DNA of 64,000 nt from Synechococcus sp. (GCA_047285535.1 JBJBDC010000001.1:2784136-2848135); one strand, 5' to 3'. Positions 42,954-56,197 are shown, numbered from the stretch's first letter. A program made the numbers and translations. Notes: generated from the sequence alone by a model not told the origin.

Positions 42954-43093
42954 TTCTAGTTAAAGATTTAACGTCTCTGCGCGCGGCTGGGGGCCGGTTT
43001 GCCTGCACAAGACTAACGATTCAAGAGTTAAAAAGCTCTAAGGGCAGAGCCAGTTTCAGCAACTGACGTAATTAACCGGCGCTCAGATTGTTC

Positions 43094-44134
43094 TCATGCT
43101 GGGAGTCCCAGGACGGATCCAGCATGCTCACAGATTGCAGAGGACTGGATGCTTCCGATGTTCCAGGCCTGGATTCCTGCCATCTCACATGCTTTCTCGG
43201 CCATGAGAACACTTGCCTCCGGCACGATCAGGCAGTAGCCAATGCCTAGATTAAATGTGTGCCAAAGGTCTCGTTCTGGTATTTCTCCATGGGACTGCAG
43301 CCATTGATACAGAACTGGGCGGGGCCAACTCGACGCCTCTACATGTGCCTGAAGTCCAGGAGGTAAGCATCGAGGAAGATTTTCGGGGAGGCCTCCACCG
43401 GTGATGTGAGCCATGCCATGGATGGGTGTTCCTGTAGAGAGCAGCGTCTGCACCAGGCCCCCATAGAGCTGGGTAGGCTTGAGCAAGGCTTCAATTAGAG
43501 ATTGGTCGTCTGGGCCAAATTTAGTCTCGGCCTTGGCTCCGGCTTGCTGCAGCACCTTTCTGACAAGGCTGAAGCCATTGCTGTGAACTCCGCTACTTGC
43601 AAGCCCTAAGATTCGATCCCCGATTTTGATTTGACCACCATCGATGAGGTTGTCTTCGTCAACGACGGCTACGCAGAAGCCGGCTAAGTCGTAGCGCCCT
43701 GGAGGATAAAACCCAGGCATCTCAGCTGTTTCACCACCCAACAATGAGCAACCGCTCAATCGACAACCCTCAGCGATTCCTTCCACCACAGTGGCCATGG
43801 CGTCAGGGCTCAGGGCTCCAGTTGCCATGTAGTCGAGGAAAAACAGCGGTTCTGCTCCACTGGTGATCACGTCATTGACACACATGGCCACGAGATCAAT
43901 CCCTACGTTGTAATGGCCTCCATGGTCTTGAGCTAGCTCAAGCTTGGTGCCCACCCCATCTGTTCCTGAAACCAGCAGCGGTTTTTTTAGGCCCGCGGGT
44001 AGTCGCATCAGGCCACCAAATCCACCGAGTCCACCAACCACTTCTGGACGATGGGTTGCTTCCACGCTCTTGCGAATTCTGTTGACGAAGGCTCGCCCGG
44101 CCTTCACGTCAACCCCAGCAGTTTTGTAATCCAT
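43094..44134 (-). CDS. purM: Phosphoribosylformylglycinamidine cyclo-ligase
   Basis: [28 protein letters not shown]. Confidence 0.98.
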   Translation of the reverse strand: MDYKTAGVDVKAGRAFVNRIRKSVEATHRPEVVGGLGGFGGLMRLPAGLKKPLLVSGTDGVGTKLELAQDHGGHYNVGIDLVAMCVNDVITSGAEPLFFLDYMATGALSPDAMATVVEGIAEGCRLSGCSLLGGETAEMPGFYPPGRYDLAGFCVAVVDEDNLIDGGQIKIGDRILGLASSGVHSNGFSLVRKVLQQAGAKAETKFGPDDQSLIEALLKPTQLYGGLVQTLLSTGTPIHGMAHITGGGLPENLPRCLPPGLQAHVEASSWPRPVLYQWLQSHGEIPERDLWHTFNLGIGYCLIVPEASVLMAEKACEMAGIQAWNIGSIQSSAICEHAGSVLGLPA

Positions 44135-44470
44135 TCAAAAGAGCTGTACTTCAATGATCCTCCTCTTTCACAGCTCCGGGTGGACCTGATGCAAAATCGT
44201 CCGCCGGTTCGATGAGTTGAGCTTGCCTCAGCGATTAGTCCCTCTAATGCTTGATTTGGTTTGTTCCGCGATTCAGTCCTTTGCTGATGGGGTGTTTCAG
44301 GGTTGCCTCGTTGATCGTGTGCCCAAGACCTTCCCCATTGCTCTTGAGAGGTTCAGAAAAGGTTTTTAACGTCGATGCACTTTGTTTTTGAAGATCGTTC
44401 GCTGACAGCAGTCCTTGTTGATTGAGATCACAACATTGAGTGCTTTGGCAAGGCTGAACAATCGACTTGC

Positions 44471-44980
44471 ATGATCCGATCATTCCCTCTCGCGACTTTT
44501 GCCACCGGGCTTCTGGCCACAGGCTTTGCACTCTTTCCTGTCTTGGCTCGAGACATGGTCTCAACTGAGTTCTATGACCCATTTGAGTCAGTTTCTTCGC
44601 TGTCTGAACAAGCTTCCAATGTCTCTGAGCCAGCAGTTATTCCCCCTAAATCCGTAGCTCCTCCGAAACCTCCCAAGATGTCGATTGTCTCGACCTCAAC
44701 AGGAGAAGCTAGCTGGTATGGACCTGGATTTTTTGGTAACCGTACAGCTAATGGAGAATTATTCAGGCCGGGCACGATGACAGCTGCGCATCGAACGTTG
44801 CCCTTCGGAACCTTGGTTAGAGTGACTAATCTTCGCAACGGTCGCGAAACAATCGTTCGTATTAATGACAGAGGTCCTTTTGCTGGTCACCGAGTGATTG
44901 ATTTGGCTCATGGTGCAGCCCATCACTTGGGTTTGGTGTCCAGTGGAATTGCTCAAGTACGACTCGAGGTGCTGCGCTGA
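44471..44980 (+). CDS. rlpA: RlpA-family lytic transglycosylase
   Basis: GEASWYG, TAAHRTLP, RINDRGP, IDL. Confidence 0.92.
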   Translation: MIRSFPLATFATGLLATGFALFPVLARDMVSTEFYDPFESVSSLSEQASNVSEPAVIPPKSVAPPKPPKMSIVSTSTGEASWYGPGFFGNRTANGELFRPGTMTAAHRTLPFGTLVRVTNLRNGRETIVRINDRGPFAGHRVIDLAHGAAHHLGLVSSGIAQVRLEVLR

Positions 44981-46530
44981 GCTTTCAGATTCTGCGTTCC
45001 ATCCAGGATCTTCGTCAGTGGCGTTCGGCGTCCAGAGGATCCGTGAATTTTGTGCCGACCATGGGTGGGCTCCATCAAGGTCATGCCAGATTGATTGCCG
45101 CTGCTAGTCAGCGAGAAGCGACTCGTTCAAAGACCCTGGTCAGTGTTTTTGTCAATCCACTGCAGTTTGGTCAGGACGAAGATTTTGATCAATACCCACG
45201 GACTCTCGACAACGACTGTGCTTTGGCCGAAAACTCTGGCGCCTCAGCACTCTGGTGCCCCAATGATGCACAGATTTATCCCGGCGGCTTTGCTGAATCC
45301 TGGCAGGTTCATCCCCCAAAATCACTGCAGTCCTGCCTTTGCGGGTTTGCAAGACCAGGACATTTCGATGGTGTAGCCACTGTGGTCTGCCGCCTTTTGG
45401 CTTTAGTGCAACCGCATCAACTCTTCCTTGGTGAAAAGGACTGGCAGCAATTAATTATTTTGCGTCGAATGGTGGCTGATCTTGCTTTGCCGGTTCGCGT
45501 GCGCAGTGTGGCGACCGTCAGGGATGAGGATGGCTTGGCGAGTAGCTCAAGAAATCGCTATCTCAGTGATCGGGAGCGTCAACAAGGGGTGATGTTTGCC
45601 AACACGTTGCGGGAAGCGGCGAGTTCGTTTACTCATGACAACTCCTCCTTGGATGCTCGTCAGATTTATCGTCGCCTTGAGGATGAAGGCCTCCAGGTGG
45701 ACTATGTCGAAGTCGTTGATCCATGTTCGTTGCAGCCTGCAAATCCGACCAAGGCCTCCATTAATTTGCTTGCGGCGGCTGTCCGATGTGGTCAAACCCG
45801 CTTGATCGATCATGTGTTTTTAATGGCTCGCTCTCCAATTGTTGCTATTGACGGACCTGCCGGTGCTGGGAAAAGCACAGTCACCAAAGCCTTTGCTGAG
45901 CGGTTAGGTCTTGTTTATCTCGATACTGGAGCTATGTATCGGGCTGTGACCTGGTTGGTTCAGGAGAAGGGCGTTGACCCTGTTGATTCGGCTGCAGTGG
46001 AGATTTTATTGAAAGATCTAGACGTTCAGCTTGAGCCCTTGCATCAAGGTGTGCAGGTTGTGCGTGTGAATGGTCAAGATGTCACCGAAGCGATTCGTGA
46101 TCCAAGGGTGACGGCGTCGGTGTCTGCGGTCGCAGCTCTTGGTTGTGTGCGTGCAGCGATGACCACCCAACAACAGCGCATGGGACAAGCAGGAGGTCTC
46201 GTCGCCGAGGGGCGTGACATTGGCACTGCTGTGTTCCCTGATGCCGATGTGAAGGTATTTCTTACGGCCACTTCGGAAGAGCGTGCTCGTCGCCGTGCAC
46301 GCGATTTAGAACAAAGAGGTCATCAAGTTCCTCCTTTGGCTGAACTCGAGGCGCAGATTGTGGAACGCGACCGTTTGGATAGCACTCGTGATGTCGCTCC
46401 TCTCATCAAGGCTGAGGATGCCACTGAACTCATCAGCGACGGAATGAGTATTCACGAGGTGATTGATGCTCTCGAGGATCTGTTCCGTTGTCGTGTGGCA
46501 GAAGAAGCCTGGCCTAACCCTGGCTGCTAA
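44977..46530 (+). CDS. panC/cmk: Bifunctional pantoate-beta-alanine ligase / cytidylate kinase (probable CTG start)
   Basis: VPTMGGLHQGH, GEKDWQQ, RLIDH, then IDGPAGAGKST, EGRDIG. Confidence 0.95.
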   Translation: MSFQILRSIQDLRQWRSASRGSVNFVPTMGGLHQGHARLIAAASQREATRSKTLVSVFVNPLQFGQDEDFDQYPRTLDNDCALAENSGASALWCPNDAQIYPGGFAESWQVHPPKSLQSCLCGFARPGHFDGVATVVCRLLALVQPHQLFLGEKDWQQLIILRRMVADLALPVRVRSVATVRDEDGLASSSRNRYLSDRERQQGVMFANTLREAASSFTHDNSSLDARQIYRRLEDEGLQVDYVEVVDPCSLQPANPTKASINLLAAAVRCGQTRLIDHVFLMARSPIVAIDGPAGAGKSTVTKAFAERLGLVYLDTGAMYRAVTWLVQEKGVDPVDSAAVEILLKDLDVQLEPLHQGVQVVRVNGQDVTEAIRDPRVTASVSAVAALGCVRAAMTTQQQRMGQAGGLVAEGRDIGTAVFPDADVKVFLTATSEERARRRARDLEQRGHQVPPLAELEAQIVERDRLDSTRDVAPLIKAEDATELISDGMSIHEVIDALEDLFRCRVAEEAWPNPGC

Positions 46531-47017
46531 TCAGTTTGTGATGACCTGATGGGTCTAGAAGGTCTTCTAGTAGTCCTTGGCAGGCATCCTCTAGAAGGTC
46601 GAGCACATGATCGAAGCCGTGATCTCCTCCGTAATAAGGGTCTGGAACATCCAGCTTGTCAACGTTGCGCGCGTGGCTGAGCATCGGACGTATGTTCGCT
46701 GTACTTTTTTGACCAAATTCTTTGGCCAGGCTGATGACATCTCGGAGGTTGTCCTCATCCATGGTGAGGATATGATCGAAACTCGACAGATCTTGGGGCT
46801 CGATTTGACGAGCTCGACTGGGAAGGTGAATGCCTCTTCGATTTGCAGCGGCTTGCATCCGCTGATCAGCGGGGTTGCCCACATGCCATCCCCCTGTCCC
46901 TGCAGAGTCCACGACAAAGTGATCAGTTAGTCCGAGCTCAGTAATCAAGCGAATAAACACGCCTTCTGCTGCAGGTGAACGGCAGATGTTGCCAAGGCAT
47001 ACGAATAAAATTTTCAA
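46514..47017 (-). CDS. ptpA: Low molecular weight protein-tyrosine phosphatase
   Basis: CLGNICRS, DPYYG; borders the phycobilisome region. Confidence 0.95.
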   Translation of the reverse strand: MKILFVCLGNICRSPAAEGVFIRLITELGLTDHFVVDSAGTGGWHVGNPADQRMQAAANRRGIHLPSRARQIEPQDLSSFDHILTMDEDNLRDVISLAKEFGQKSTANIRPMLSHARNVDKLDVPDPYYGGDHGFDHVLDLLEDACQGLLEDLLDPSGHHKLISSQG

Positions 47018-47063
47018 GTTTTCATCCGGTTTTGATTAATGCTGAGTATAATATTATTCATGT

Positions 47064-48434
47064 TCAGGACTTAAGAGTCCTGGCCAGAGCTAAATGAATG
47101 CGCAACCAAACGACAGGGTCTGACTCTGAAGTTTGAGCTATCGATAAACATTCCGAAGACTGATTGTTATTGATTTCTTCTAGGGCTAAGCAAGCGCTAT
47201 AGCGCAACCCCCAATCATCTGGTTTGGTAGCGGCCCAAGCTAGCTTTGTGAGGATGCTTTGAAGAACATCTTTCTCCGCATGCTTTTGAGATCCTATTTT
47301 TCCAAGCGCGCAGGTGGCAACGCGACGAATATTCCCTTGGCAATGATTGCCAATATCGACGCCAATTGCGTCAATCAAGGCTGCAAGGGATCGAGAATCT
47401 TCCGTTGCTGCTATGGCTTTTATGAGGCCGATTTTGATGTCCTGGTCAGATTCTGAAAAGTAAAGTTTTGAAAGACCTGAGTCAATAGAATGATGATTGG
47501 TCGCTAGAAGCTGAATCCCTAATTCTCGATCTGATAGAGAAGGGCTTTTTAGAAGATTAAAAGAATCTGATAAGTTGAATGCATTCTCAATTGGTGGACT
47601 TGTTTTGCTTATGTCTTTGGGGGATTTGTCTTTTTCGATTACTATATTTCCTGCAAAGTTTTCTCGAACTAGGTTGTCTAGTTTTTGTATGATCGCCTCC
47701 TGGTCTATGTTGAGATTGTGCAATGCTTCGTGTGAATTTTTGCTAGAGAAGAGTATGGACTTGCCCAGAATTGACTTTAGACAATGCATCTTAATGTTGT
47801 TGGGTATCTTGGCGTTTAAAATTGATTCTGTGCTGTCCATTGAGGCGATCCTTGCAAGATCAAATGCTGCAGACTGTCGTATAAAGCGATTGTCATGTCT
47901 TAAATAAGCATGTATTGCGTTTAAATAGCAAGTTTCGCTCGTATAAGAGTAAAAGTAGGAAGCTGCTGCACTGGCAATCCTTGCTGATTCAGAACTTAGA
48001 TAAGGCTTTATCTTTTCGCTGCAAGCCCATACTTTGTAAGTAGTGAGGGCTTCTATTAAGGCCTCGATAGGTTTGCCTTCAATGTTTTTGTCTATATATC
48101 TGTTCAATGCATCAATGCAGTCAGCATCCTTGAGTGCAATGAGTGCTCTTAACGTGGCTTCGTGGAGTTGGGTGTCATTGGTTTCCAATGTTTCTAACAA
48201 ATATGGTGTGCAACTACTGTCATTAATGAGTCCTAGTGATCGCGCAGCTTGTCTTCTTAAGGGATAGCCACCTGTAGATGTTTGTTCGCCGTCATCCTGA
48301 AGGCATTGAATTAAAACGTTTACAGCCGATTCGACTCTGTTTTTTCCAAGCCACCATGCAGCATGGTATCTCACTCCGGCATCATCGCTCGTTAAGGCCT
48401 TGATTGCAGATTCGGCAGAGTTGATTGCGATCAA
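47064..48434 (-). CDS. rpcG: Fused E/F-type phycocyanin alpha-84 lyase-isomerase
   Basis: CpcE-like N-half (RYHAAWWLG, GGYPLRR) fused to PecF-like C-half with NHCQGN and DWGLRY. Confidence 0.9.
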   Translation of the reverse strand: MIAINSAESAIKALTSDDAGVRYHAAWWLGKNRVESAVNVLIQCLQDDGEQTSTGGYPLRRQAARSLGLINDSSCTPYLLETLETNDTQLHEATLRALIALKDADCIDALNRYIDKNIEGKPIEALIEALTTYKVWACSEKIKPYLSSESARIASAAASYFYSYTSETCYLNAIHAYLRHDNRFIRQSAAFDLARIASMDSTESILNAKIPNNIKMHCLKSILGKSILFSSKNSHEALHNLNIDQEAIIQKLDNLVRENFAGNIVIEKDKSPKDISKTSPPIENAFNLSDSFNLLKSPSLSDRELGIQLLATNHHSIDSGLSKLYFSESDQDIKIGLIKAIAATEDSRSLAALIDAIGVDIGNHCQGNIRRVATCALGKIGSQKHAEKDVLQSILTKLAWAATKPDDWGLRYSACLALEEINNNQSSECLSIAQTSESDPVVWLRIHLALARTLKS

Positions 48435-48550
48435 ATTTGGGATTGGTTTTGTGGGTGTTGATCACTCAAAATTGCACTATGGACTTCTCTTCAGCTTGAA
48501 GTTTTAGAGAAGGTGCGATTGATGATCTCTTCTCCAATATAAGTGCTTTC

Positions 48551-49129
48551 TTAGTTCCACTTGGCTTGCCAAGAAGTGGTACGGATAAACTGGAACTTGC
48601 CTGCGATTGCTCCCCATAGTCTTTCATGTGTTTGTGGATCGTAGCCCTGATCTAGAGTGCTCAATTTATCACCTTGTAGATGGAAGGAACTTACTAAATA
48701 AGTGTTTCTACCATCACGACGAACCATGCAGTAACAACCTGGCTCGATGTAGCCATGGTATCCATCAATTTTTTCAACCACTTGGTAATGGCAGTTCTCA
48801 AGGGGGATTAAGTCATGTTCATTGATTTTTTGCCTTTGCCGTTGATCAGTTGTTGCTGTTGCGAATAACTCTGGATTTTTAAATTTGTGATTCCATAGCT
48901 TGATCACTCCTGCGGAGCTTTCTTCGGCTCTGATCATGCGTAAACGATAGGGAATTTTCGGATTTAATGCATAGCTCTGCTCAAGTAAAATTGATCCTGG
49001 TTGAAGGTGTTCTATAGGGTGGTAGCGAATGAAGATGTGAGCAAAAAATGGTGGATTATCGAGTGCTTGTTGCTGATTGTTGAATTCGCCGCACAATTGG
49101 TTGAGAAATCGTTTCAAGAAAGGTTGCAT
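48551..49129 (-). CDS. rpcT: T-type phycobiliprotein lyase
   Basis: NQQQALDNPPFFAHI, PYRLR, D.GYDP...LWG; directly after rpcA. Confidence 0.88.
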   Translation of the reverse strand: MQPFLKRFLNQLCGEFNNQQQALDNPPFFAHIFIRYHPIEHLQPGSILLEQSYALNPKIPYRLRMIRAEESSAGVIKLWNHKFKNPELFATATTDQRQRQKINEHDLIPLENCHYQVVEKIDGYHGYIEPGCYCMVRRDGRNTYLVSSFHLQGDKLSTLDQGYDPQTHERLWGAIAGKFQFIRTTSWQAKWN

Positions 49130-49149
49130 AGCATCTCGGGCTAAGGCAT

Positions 49150-49178
49150 AAAAACAGCCCCCAATAGGGGGCTGTTTT
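49150..49178 (-). terminator. Intrinsic terminator after rpcA
   Basis: AAAACAGCCCCC-AATA-GGGGGCTGTTTT inverted repeat. Confidence 0.85.
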
Positions 49179-49195
49179 ACTTGATCAATCAATGA

Positions 49196-49684
49196 TCAAG
49201 TAAGTGCGTTAATGGCGTAATCAATATAGCTGTTAGCCTCAGCAGCAGCGTCACCGCTTAAACCGTGATTAGCTTTGATATGTTTTAGAGCTTCAACATA
49301 CCAAGTAGGAGAAAGCTCGAATGTACGATTGATTTCAGCCAGGCCTGCAATGAGGTAATCATCCATTGGGCCAGTGCCTCCTGCTACCAAGCAATAGGTA
49401 ATCATCCGCAGGTAATAGCTGATATCCCTAGAGCACTTGGTTTTGCCTTCGGAGGTTGATGCGTAGTTCGGACCTTCCATCTGGGTCGTGAAAGGGAACT
49501 TGGTATAAACGGCCTGGGCTGCACCATTGACTAGTGAGTCGCCTTTTGTGGTGAGAGCTTTGGCAGCTTCAAGGCTTGCCTTGGCACGGCTGAATCGACC
49601 TGATGCACCTTGGATCTCAGTGTTGCTCAGAAAGCGTCCCTGGGAATCAGCCGCTGCAACTGCTTCAGTTAGAGGAGTTTTCAT
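49196..49684 (-). CDS. rpcA: Phycocyanin alpha subunit
   Basis: [19 protein letters not shown], Cys84 in KCSRD. Confidence 0.98.
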   Translation of the reverse strand: MKTPLTEAVAAADSQGRFLSNTEIQGASGRFSRAKASLEAAKALTTKGDSLVNGAAQAVYTKFPFTTQMEGPNYASTSEGKTKCSRDISYYLRMITYCLVAGGTGPMDDYLIAGLAEINRTFELSPTWYVEALKHIKANHGLSGDAAAEANSYIDYAINALT

Positions 49685-49729
49685 AATGATGTAGATGAAG
49701 AAGTTTAGTCGGAAATGTTTGTAACTAAA

Positions 49730-50251
49730 TCAAGCAACTGAAGCAGCTGCACGATCGAAGTAGGTTCCAATTTCGTTGGCGATGTTTGTGCAGTCTCCAG
49801 AGCTGCAATAAGTTCCAGCTTCAAGCACCATTCCGATAGCAGTTGCCTTCATCAGGTTGACCCCTTCGGCGACGGATGCGCCTGGAGTTCCAAGGGCTAG
49901 ATAAGTTTCGCGCAGGCCATTCAGGCAGCGGTCTTCCATCACGGAAGCGTCACCGGTAAAGACTGAATAGGAAACGTAGCGAAGGATGATCTCCATATCG
50001 CGCAGGCAAGCAGCCATGCGACGGGAGGTATAGGCGTTTCCTCCTGGTGCAATCAGTGCAGGTTGCTGAGCAAACAGTTCACGTGCTGCATTGGCAACGA
50101 TCGCGGAGGCATTACCGGAAATTCGGTTTACAGCATCTAAACGCTTGTTGCTTTCGGAAACAACAGCAGCAAGAGCATCAATCTCGCTAGTGCTGATGAA
50201 CTGTCCCCTGGCATCGGCCTGGGCGACAACCTTGGTGAAGGCGTCGAACAT
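49730..50251 (-). CDS. rpcB: Phycocyanin beta subunit (atypical near beta-153)
   Basis: [25 protein letters not shown]; 173 aa. Confidence 0.97.
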   Translation of the reverse strand: MFDAFTKVVAQADARGQFISTSEIDALAAVVSESNKRLDAVNRISGNASAIVANAARELFAQQPALIAPGGNAYTSRRMAACLRDMEIILRYVSYSVFTGDASVMEDRCLNGLRETYLALGTPGASVAEGVNLMKATAIGMVLEAGTYCSSGDCTNIANEIGTYFDRAAASVA

Positions 50252-50464
50252 TTGTTACTCCTGCTTGCAATGTCTAGAAAGGTGTCCAAGCACCTGAGAG
50301 GACATCCTAAGGAAGGTCCTAACGGGTTCGCTGTAATTCTCTCCTAAGTAACTAGAGCTTCCCCGGAAGCGGTTCATAATGCGTAACCAGGTCTTCGAAT
50401 TTGGCCTTGAATTTGCTGCCCAAAGCTGGACAACGCTCTGCCTTTAGGTCAATCAGCACGTTGT

Positions 50465-51948
<1,484 letters not shown>

Positions 51949-51958
51949 CTAAATGTCC

Positions 51959-52561
51959 TTAAGAAGGATTGGTTTGAGCAAATGTTTTGGCTTGAAGGGC
52001 AATCTCCTCAATCTCGGCTTTGCTTGGACATCGAAATTCTGTGCAGTAGGTGGTCATTGCTGCTCCACCAAGAAATTGAACTGAGCTAACACGTATTCTG
52101 ATTTGATCGTTGACAAACCAGCAGCGCTCGACCCCTACATTACTGTCATATCTGGTTGTGATTGTGAGTACTCCGTCTGGAGCGAATTTGTAAGTACTAA
52201 AAGCAGGTTTTTTTTCAACGTAGCCAACATCTCTTAAAAGGTATCCGCTGTTGGGATTTTCAGGATTTGGCACATTGATGACAACCGCTGCGTAATCGTT
52301 ATTGCGAGTGTCTGATAAAAGGTTGCTTTCCCACCAAAATCTGGCTCCCCCACTGGCTTCTTTGGCTTCTATTCCGAATACTTTGCAAACTTTCTCCACT
52401 GTTTCGTCAGACGCATCGAAGGGCTCGATAATCAAATTTGAATCAGCTGCTTCGTCGTCTTGGCTGTCGAGATGATGAACCACTCGTCTATTGAGCCAGA
52501 GGCCACGGCTGGCCTCAAAAAAGTCCTCCATGGTTACAGGTGGTTGGTCAATCAAATTCAT
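51959..52561 (-). CDS. cpeU: S/U-type phycobiliprotein lyase
   Basis: FFEASRGLW, LLRDVGYVEK, ERCWF, YCTEFR; upstream of pebA. Confidence 0.85.
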   Translation of the reverse strand: MNLIDQPPVTMEDFFEASRGLWLNRRVVHHLDSQDDEAADSNLIIEPFDASDETVEKVCKVFGIEAKEASGGARFWWESNLLSDTRNNDYAAVVINVPNPENPNSGYLLRDVGYVEKKPAFSTYKFAPDGVLTITTRYDSNVGVERCWFVNDQIRIRVSSVQFLGGAAMTTYCTEFRCPSKAEIEEIALQAKTFAQTNPS

Positions 52562-52791
52562 GATTGATTCTCTTGAGTATCCCGTTGAGCTTTTAGCTGC
52601 ATGAGAATTGCATCAATGCGGGTTAGTTCAGGATGCTCTTTGATGGTCGCTTCGATTTTTTTCTGGGATAACCGAAGCTTTTTGCCAAGCCCTACAACGT
52701 CATCGTAGAGTCTCTCTCGATAAGAAGTGAGTTCTGTAATTGTTTCTGTCAGCTCTTCAATAGAAGGCGCTTGACTCGTTTCTTCTGTCAT
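52558..52791 (-). CDS. Small hypothetical protein of the phycobilisome region
   Basis: 77 aa helical ORF overlapping the cpeU start; YRERL, HPEL. Confidence 0.75.
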   Translation of the reverse strand: MTEETSQAPSIEELTETITELTSYRERLYDDVVGLGKKLRLSQKKIEATIKEHPELTRIDAILMQLKAQRDTQENQS

Positions 52792-53072
52792 GCCGACCTG
52801 TGATTTTCAGCAAACAAGCCTTCAAACCATACCTCCTAGAATAAAGAGACAATTTTTGTGTGCAAAAGAGGAGCACTCACCCAGGGTGTGGCGGACAGTG
52901 CCTTTTGAGGGCTTTCAAGATCGAATCTGAAGGTCTAGGCAAGATTGGCGCGATTGGATCGCAACGATCCTCAACCGTCAAGGTGACGAACTCTTGCGTG
53001 ATCAGCAGATACTGGGACACTCGTCAGCATCTTACGCTTAGGTTTATTGAGCGCTTCGCCTGAAAAGGCTAG

Positions 53073-53720
<648 letters not shown>

Positions 53721-53772
53721 TTCGCAATAGAGACCTACCTCTGCTCCTTTCTCAGACACTATTCATCTTTAG

Positions 53773-54276
<504 letters not shown>

Positions 54277-54301
54277 GAAGCATTTCAAAGTGATAGAGGA
54301 G

Positions 54302-54330
54302 AAAGGAGAGCATTGCTCTCCTTTTTTTTT
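54302..54330 (+). terminator. Intrinsic terminator after cpeA
   Basis: AAAGGAGAGC-ATT-GCTCTCCTTT followed by a T run. Confidence 0.9.
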
Positions 54331-54339
54331 GAATATTAA

Positions 54340-55272
54340 CTATTGGTTGTCAGCCATGTTGCGTAGTTGATTAATCGCTAATTCTAAAATATTTGAAACA
54401 ACTTCATCTTCTTCTTTCACGATTCTGTCTTGTAGGGCTTGGATAGATGACATAGAACGAAGTTTCATTAATGAGATTGCACTATTCTTTCTTACCCAGG
54501 TATCTGGATCCGAGAGTAGAGGTATTAATAATGGTGTCGCCATCTTTTCATCATCAATTTTGCCAAGACAGGTAGCGGCTTCAGCTCGAATCTCTGCACA
54601 AGAGTCAGATAAGGCATTTAGAAATATTCTTCTGTCCTCATCTATCTCTAAGGTTTGGATCTGGCTCCCTAAGGCCGATATTGATGCTTTACGAACATTA
54701 AAATTATCTGAATTGGCAGCCTGGCGAAGTGCTGTTGGAGCTCGATCTGCTACCAGAGAAAGGGCCCAATTCGCTAGTCCAATTTGCATTTCCGTGCTTT
54801 CCGGATTCTCTACAATGCCTAGAATCGCTTCGATAGCTTGTTCTCCCATCGCGGCCATCGCACCCATTGCCGAGCCTTGAACAACTGAATCTGTATCAGC
54901 AAGAAACGCTGAAAGTAGATCAGGAAGACTGGCAGGATCCGCAATCAGAGTAAGAGTTTTTGCAGCGGCCCTTCTTACGGTGACTTGACTGCTATGTTTC
55001 ATGGCTTGGCATAAAGCAGGCACAGCAGTTTTGCCAACTGATCCAAGGCTTTCAGAAAAACTGCGACGCAAGAGCCCTCGAGGATCACCTAATCCAGCTA
55101 TCATTATTTGGATTGAGTCTGGATCAGAGTCGATCGGCAATCCAGCTTTAAGTTTCTCTTTGAGATGAGTGGCCAAATCAAGAGCCTCTTCTTGACTCAA
55201 CTGTATTTCAGCAGAGTTATTTTCTGGAATGTCTGTTTGAAACAAATTCCCAGTTGCTCCTTCTGTCTCCAT
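54340..55272 (-). CDS. cpeF/mpeV: HEAT-repeat phycoerythrin beta-50/61 lyase of the CpeF/MpeV family
   Basis: [27 protein letters not shown]; convergent with cpeA; lyase versus isomerase not resolved. Confidence 0.8.
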   Translation of the reverse strand: METEGATGNLFQTDIPENNSAEIQLSQEEALDLATHLKEKLKAGLPIDSDPDSIQIMIAGLGDPRGLLRRSFSESLGSVGKTAVPALCQAMKHSSQVTVRRAAAKTLTLIADPASLPDLLSAFLADTDSVVQGSAMGAMAAMGEQAIEAILGIVENPESTEMQIGLANWALSLVADRAPTALRQAANSDNFNVRKASISALGSQIQTLEIDEDRRIFLNALSDSCAEIRAEAATCLGKIDDEKMATPLLIPLLSDPDTWVRKNSAISLMKLRSMSSIQALQDRIVKEEDEVVSNILELAINQLRNMADNQ

Positions 55273-55303
55273 AATTCCTAGATTTTACTCTGTCCAATCT
55301 TCC

Positions 55304-55747
55304 TTGACCATAGTCGAAACCATGACTACTTTTGTTATCTCACACAATCTACAAGTTAATTCAGAGCTTACCCCCGCGTTGTCGGGACAAGAATTGGCTT
55401 TTGGACTTGTTACTAGTTCGAAACTCTTAAAAGCTGGGGTTGCTTTGACTCATTCGCATTGGTTAATGAGGATTGAATCGGATTTGACTCCAACAGAAAT
55501 GGCAGATGAACTGATTAAAGCTTGGAGAAATTTTCGCGTTAGTCAAGGTCATGCAGTTGATCATGCATGGCTTGCACTCGGTGGACGAAAAGATACGCCA
55601 GCTATTAAAGATTCTCCTTTACAACAAGGTTATTGGGGCGTTGATCTCGTAGAATGTAGCAATCCAGATGTTTTCCTTGAGAGTATCAATTGGGATGCTC
55701 TCAAGTCAGGTCGTGAAGTTGATTCAGTTTTCGAAGTAAGAGGTTAG
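55304..55747 (+). CDS. Hypothetical protein, DUF2656-like
   Basis: FVISHNL, HSHW, LALGGRK, WGVDLVE, INW. Confidence 0.75.
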   Translation: MTIVETMTTFVISHNLQVNSELTPALSGQELAFGLVTSSKLLKAGVALTHSHWLMRIESDLTPTEMADELIKAWRNFRVSQGHAVDHAWLALGGRKDTPAIKDSPLQQGYWGVDLVECSNPDVFLESINWDALKSGREVDSVFEVRG

Positions 55748-55763
55748 GCTTTGTATGAAATGA

Positions 55764-56078
55764 TCAACTTTTCTTCTTTGTCCTGCGATTGGGAGCTTTT
55801 CTTTCTTTCCTTGAAGCGGATTTTAATTCAGTTTCTTTCTCACTCTTTTTGGATTGACTCGCCTTAGGAGATTGAGTTGTCTGATTGTCTGATAAGCCTA
55901 TAGCGTCATTATTATAGATATTGGTTACTGCTGTCACAGTGATGCCTGCTTGACGCATGGCCTGAATTCCCTGGCAAAGTAAATTAAATGGAATTCGAAT
56001 GTTTGTGGATGTTGTGGGTCTAGAGCTGCTAAAGGCAATTGTTTTGGCAAGATAAGAGTTGGTTGAGAAAGGACCCAT
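55764..56078 (-). CDS. Small protein with CpcD-like segment and Lys/Arg-rich tail
   Basis: IRIPFNLLCQGIQAMRQAGITVTAVT resembles the rod-capping linker motif; basic low-complexity C-terminus. Confidence 0.5.
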   Translation of the reverse strand: MGPFSTNSYLAKTIAFSSSRPTTSTNIRIPFNLLCQGIQAMRQAGITVTAVTNIYNNDAIGLSDNQTTQSPKASQSKKSEKETELKSASRKERKAPNRRTKKKS

Positions 56079-56197
56079 TGATTAAATTTAGACTGGACTT
56101 AGATTATGCTCATATCATCATTGATGCAAGTTTTTTGAAGATACCTTTTTGATCCCAGAAGATTGGTAAAAGATTTATGACGAAATGCTAGTATTGT

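Noticed and set aside
44135..44470. Long purM/rlpA intergenic region with imperfect repeat GCGATT(C)AGTCC
   Set aside because: Repeat is short and imperfect; I recognised no riboswitch or sRNA pattern.
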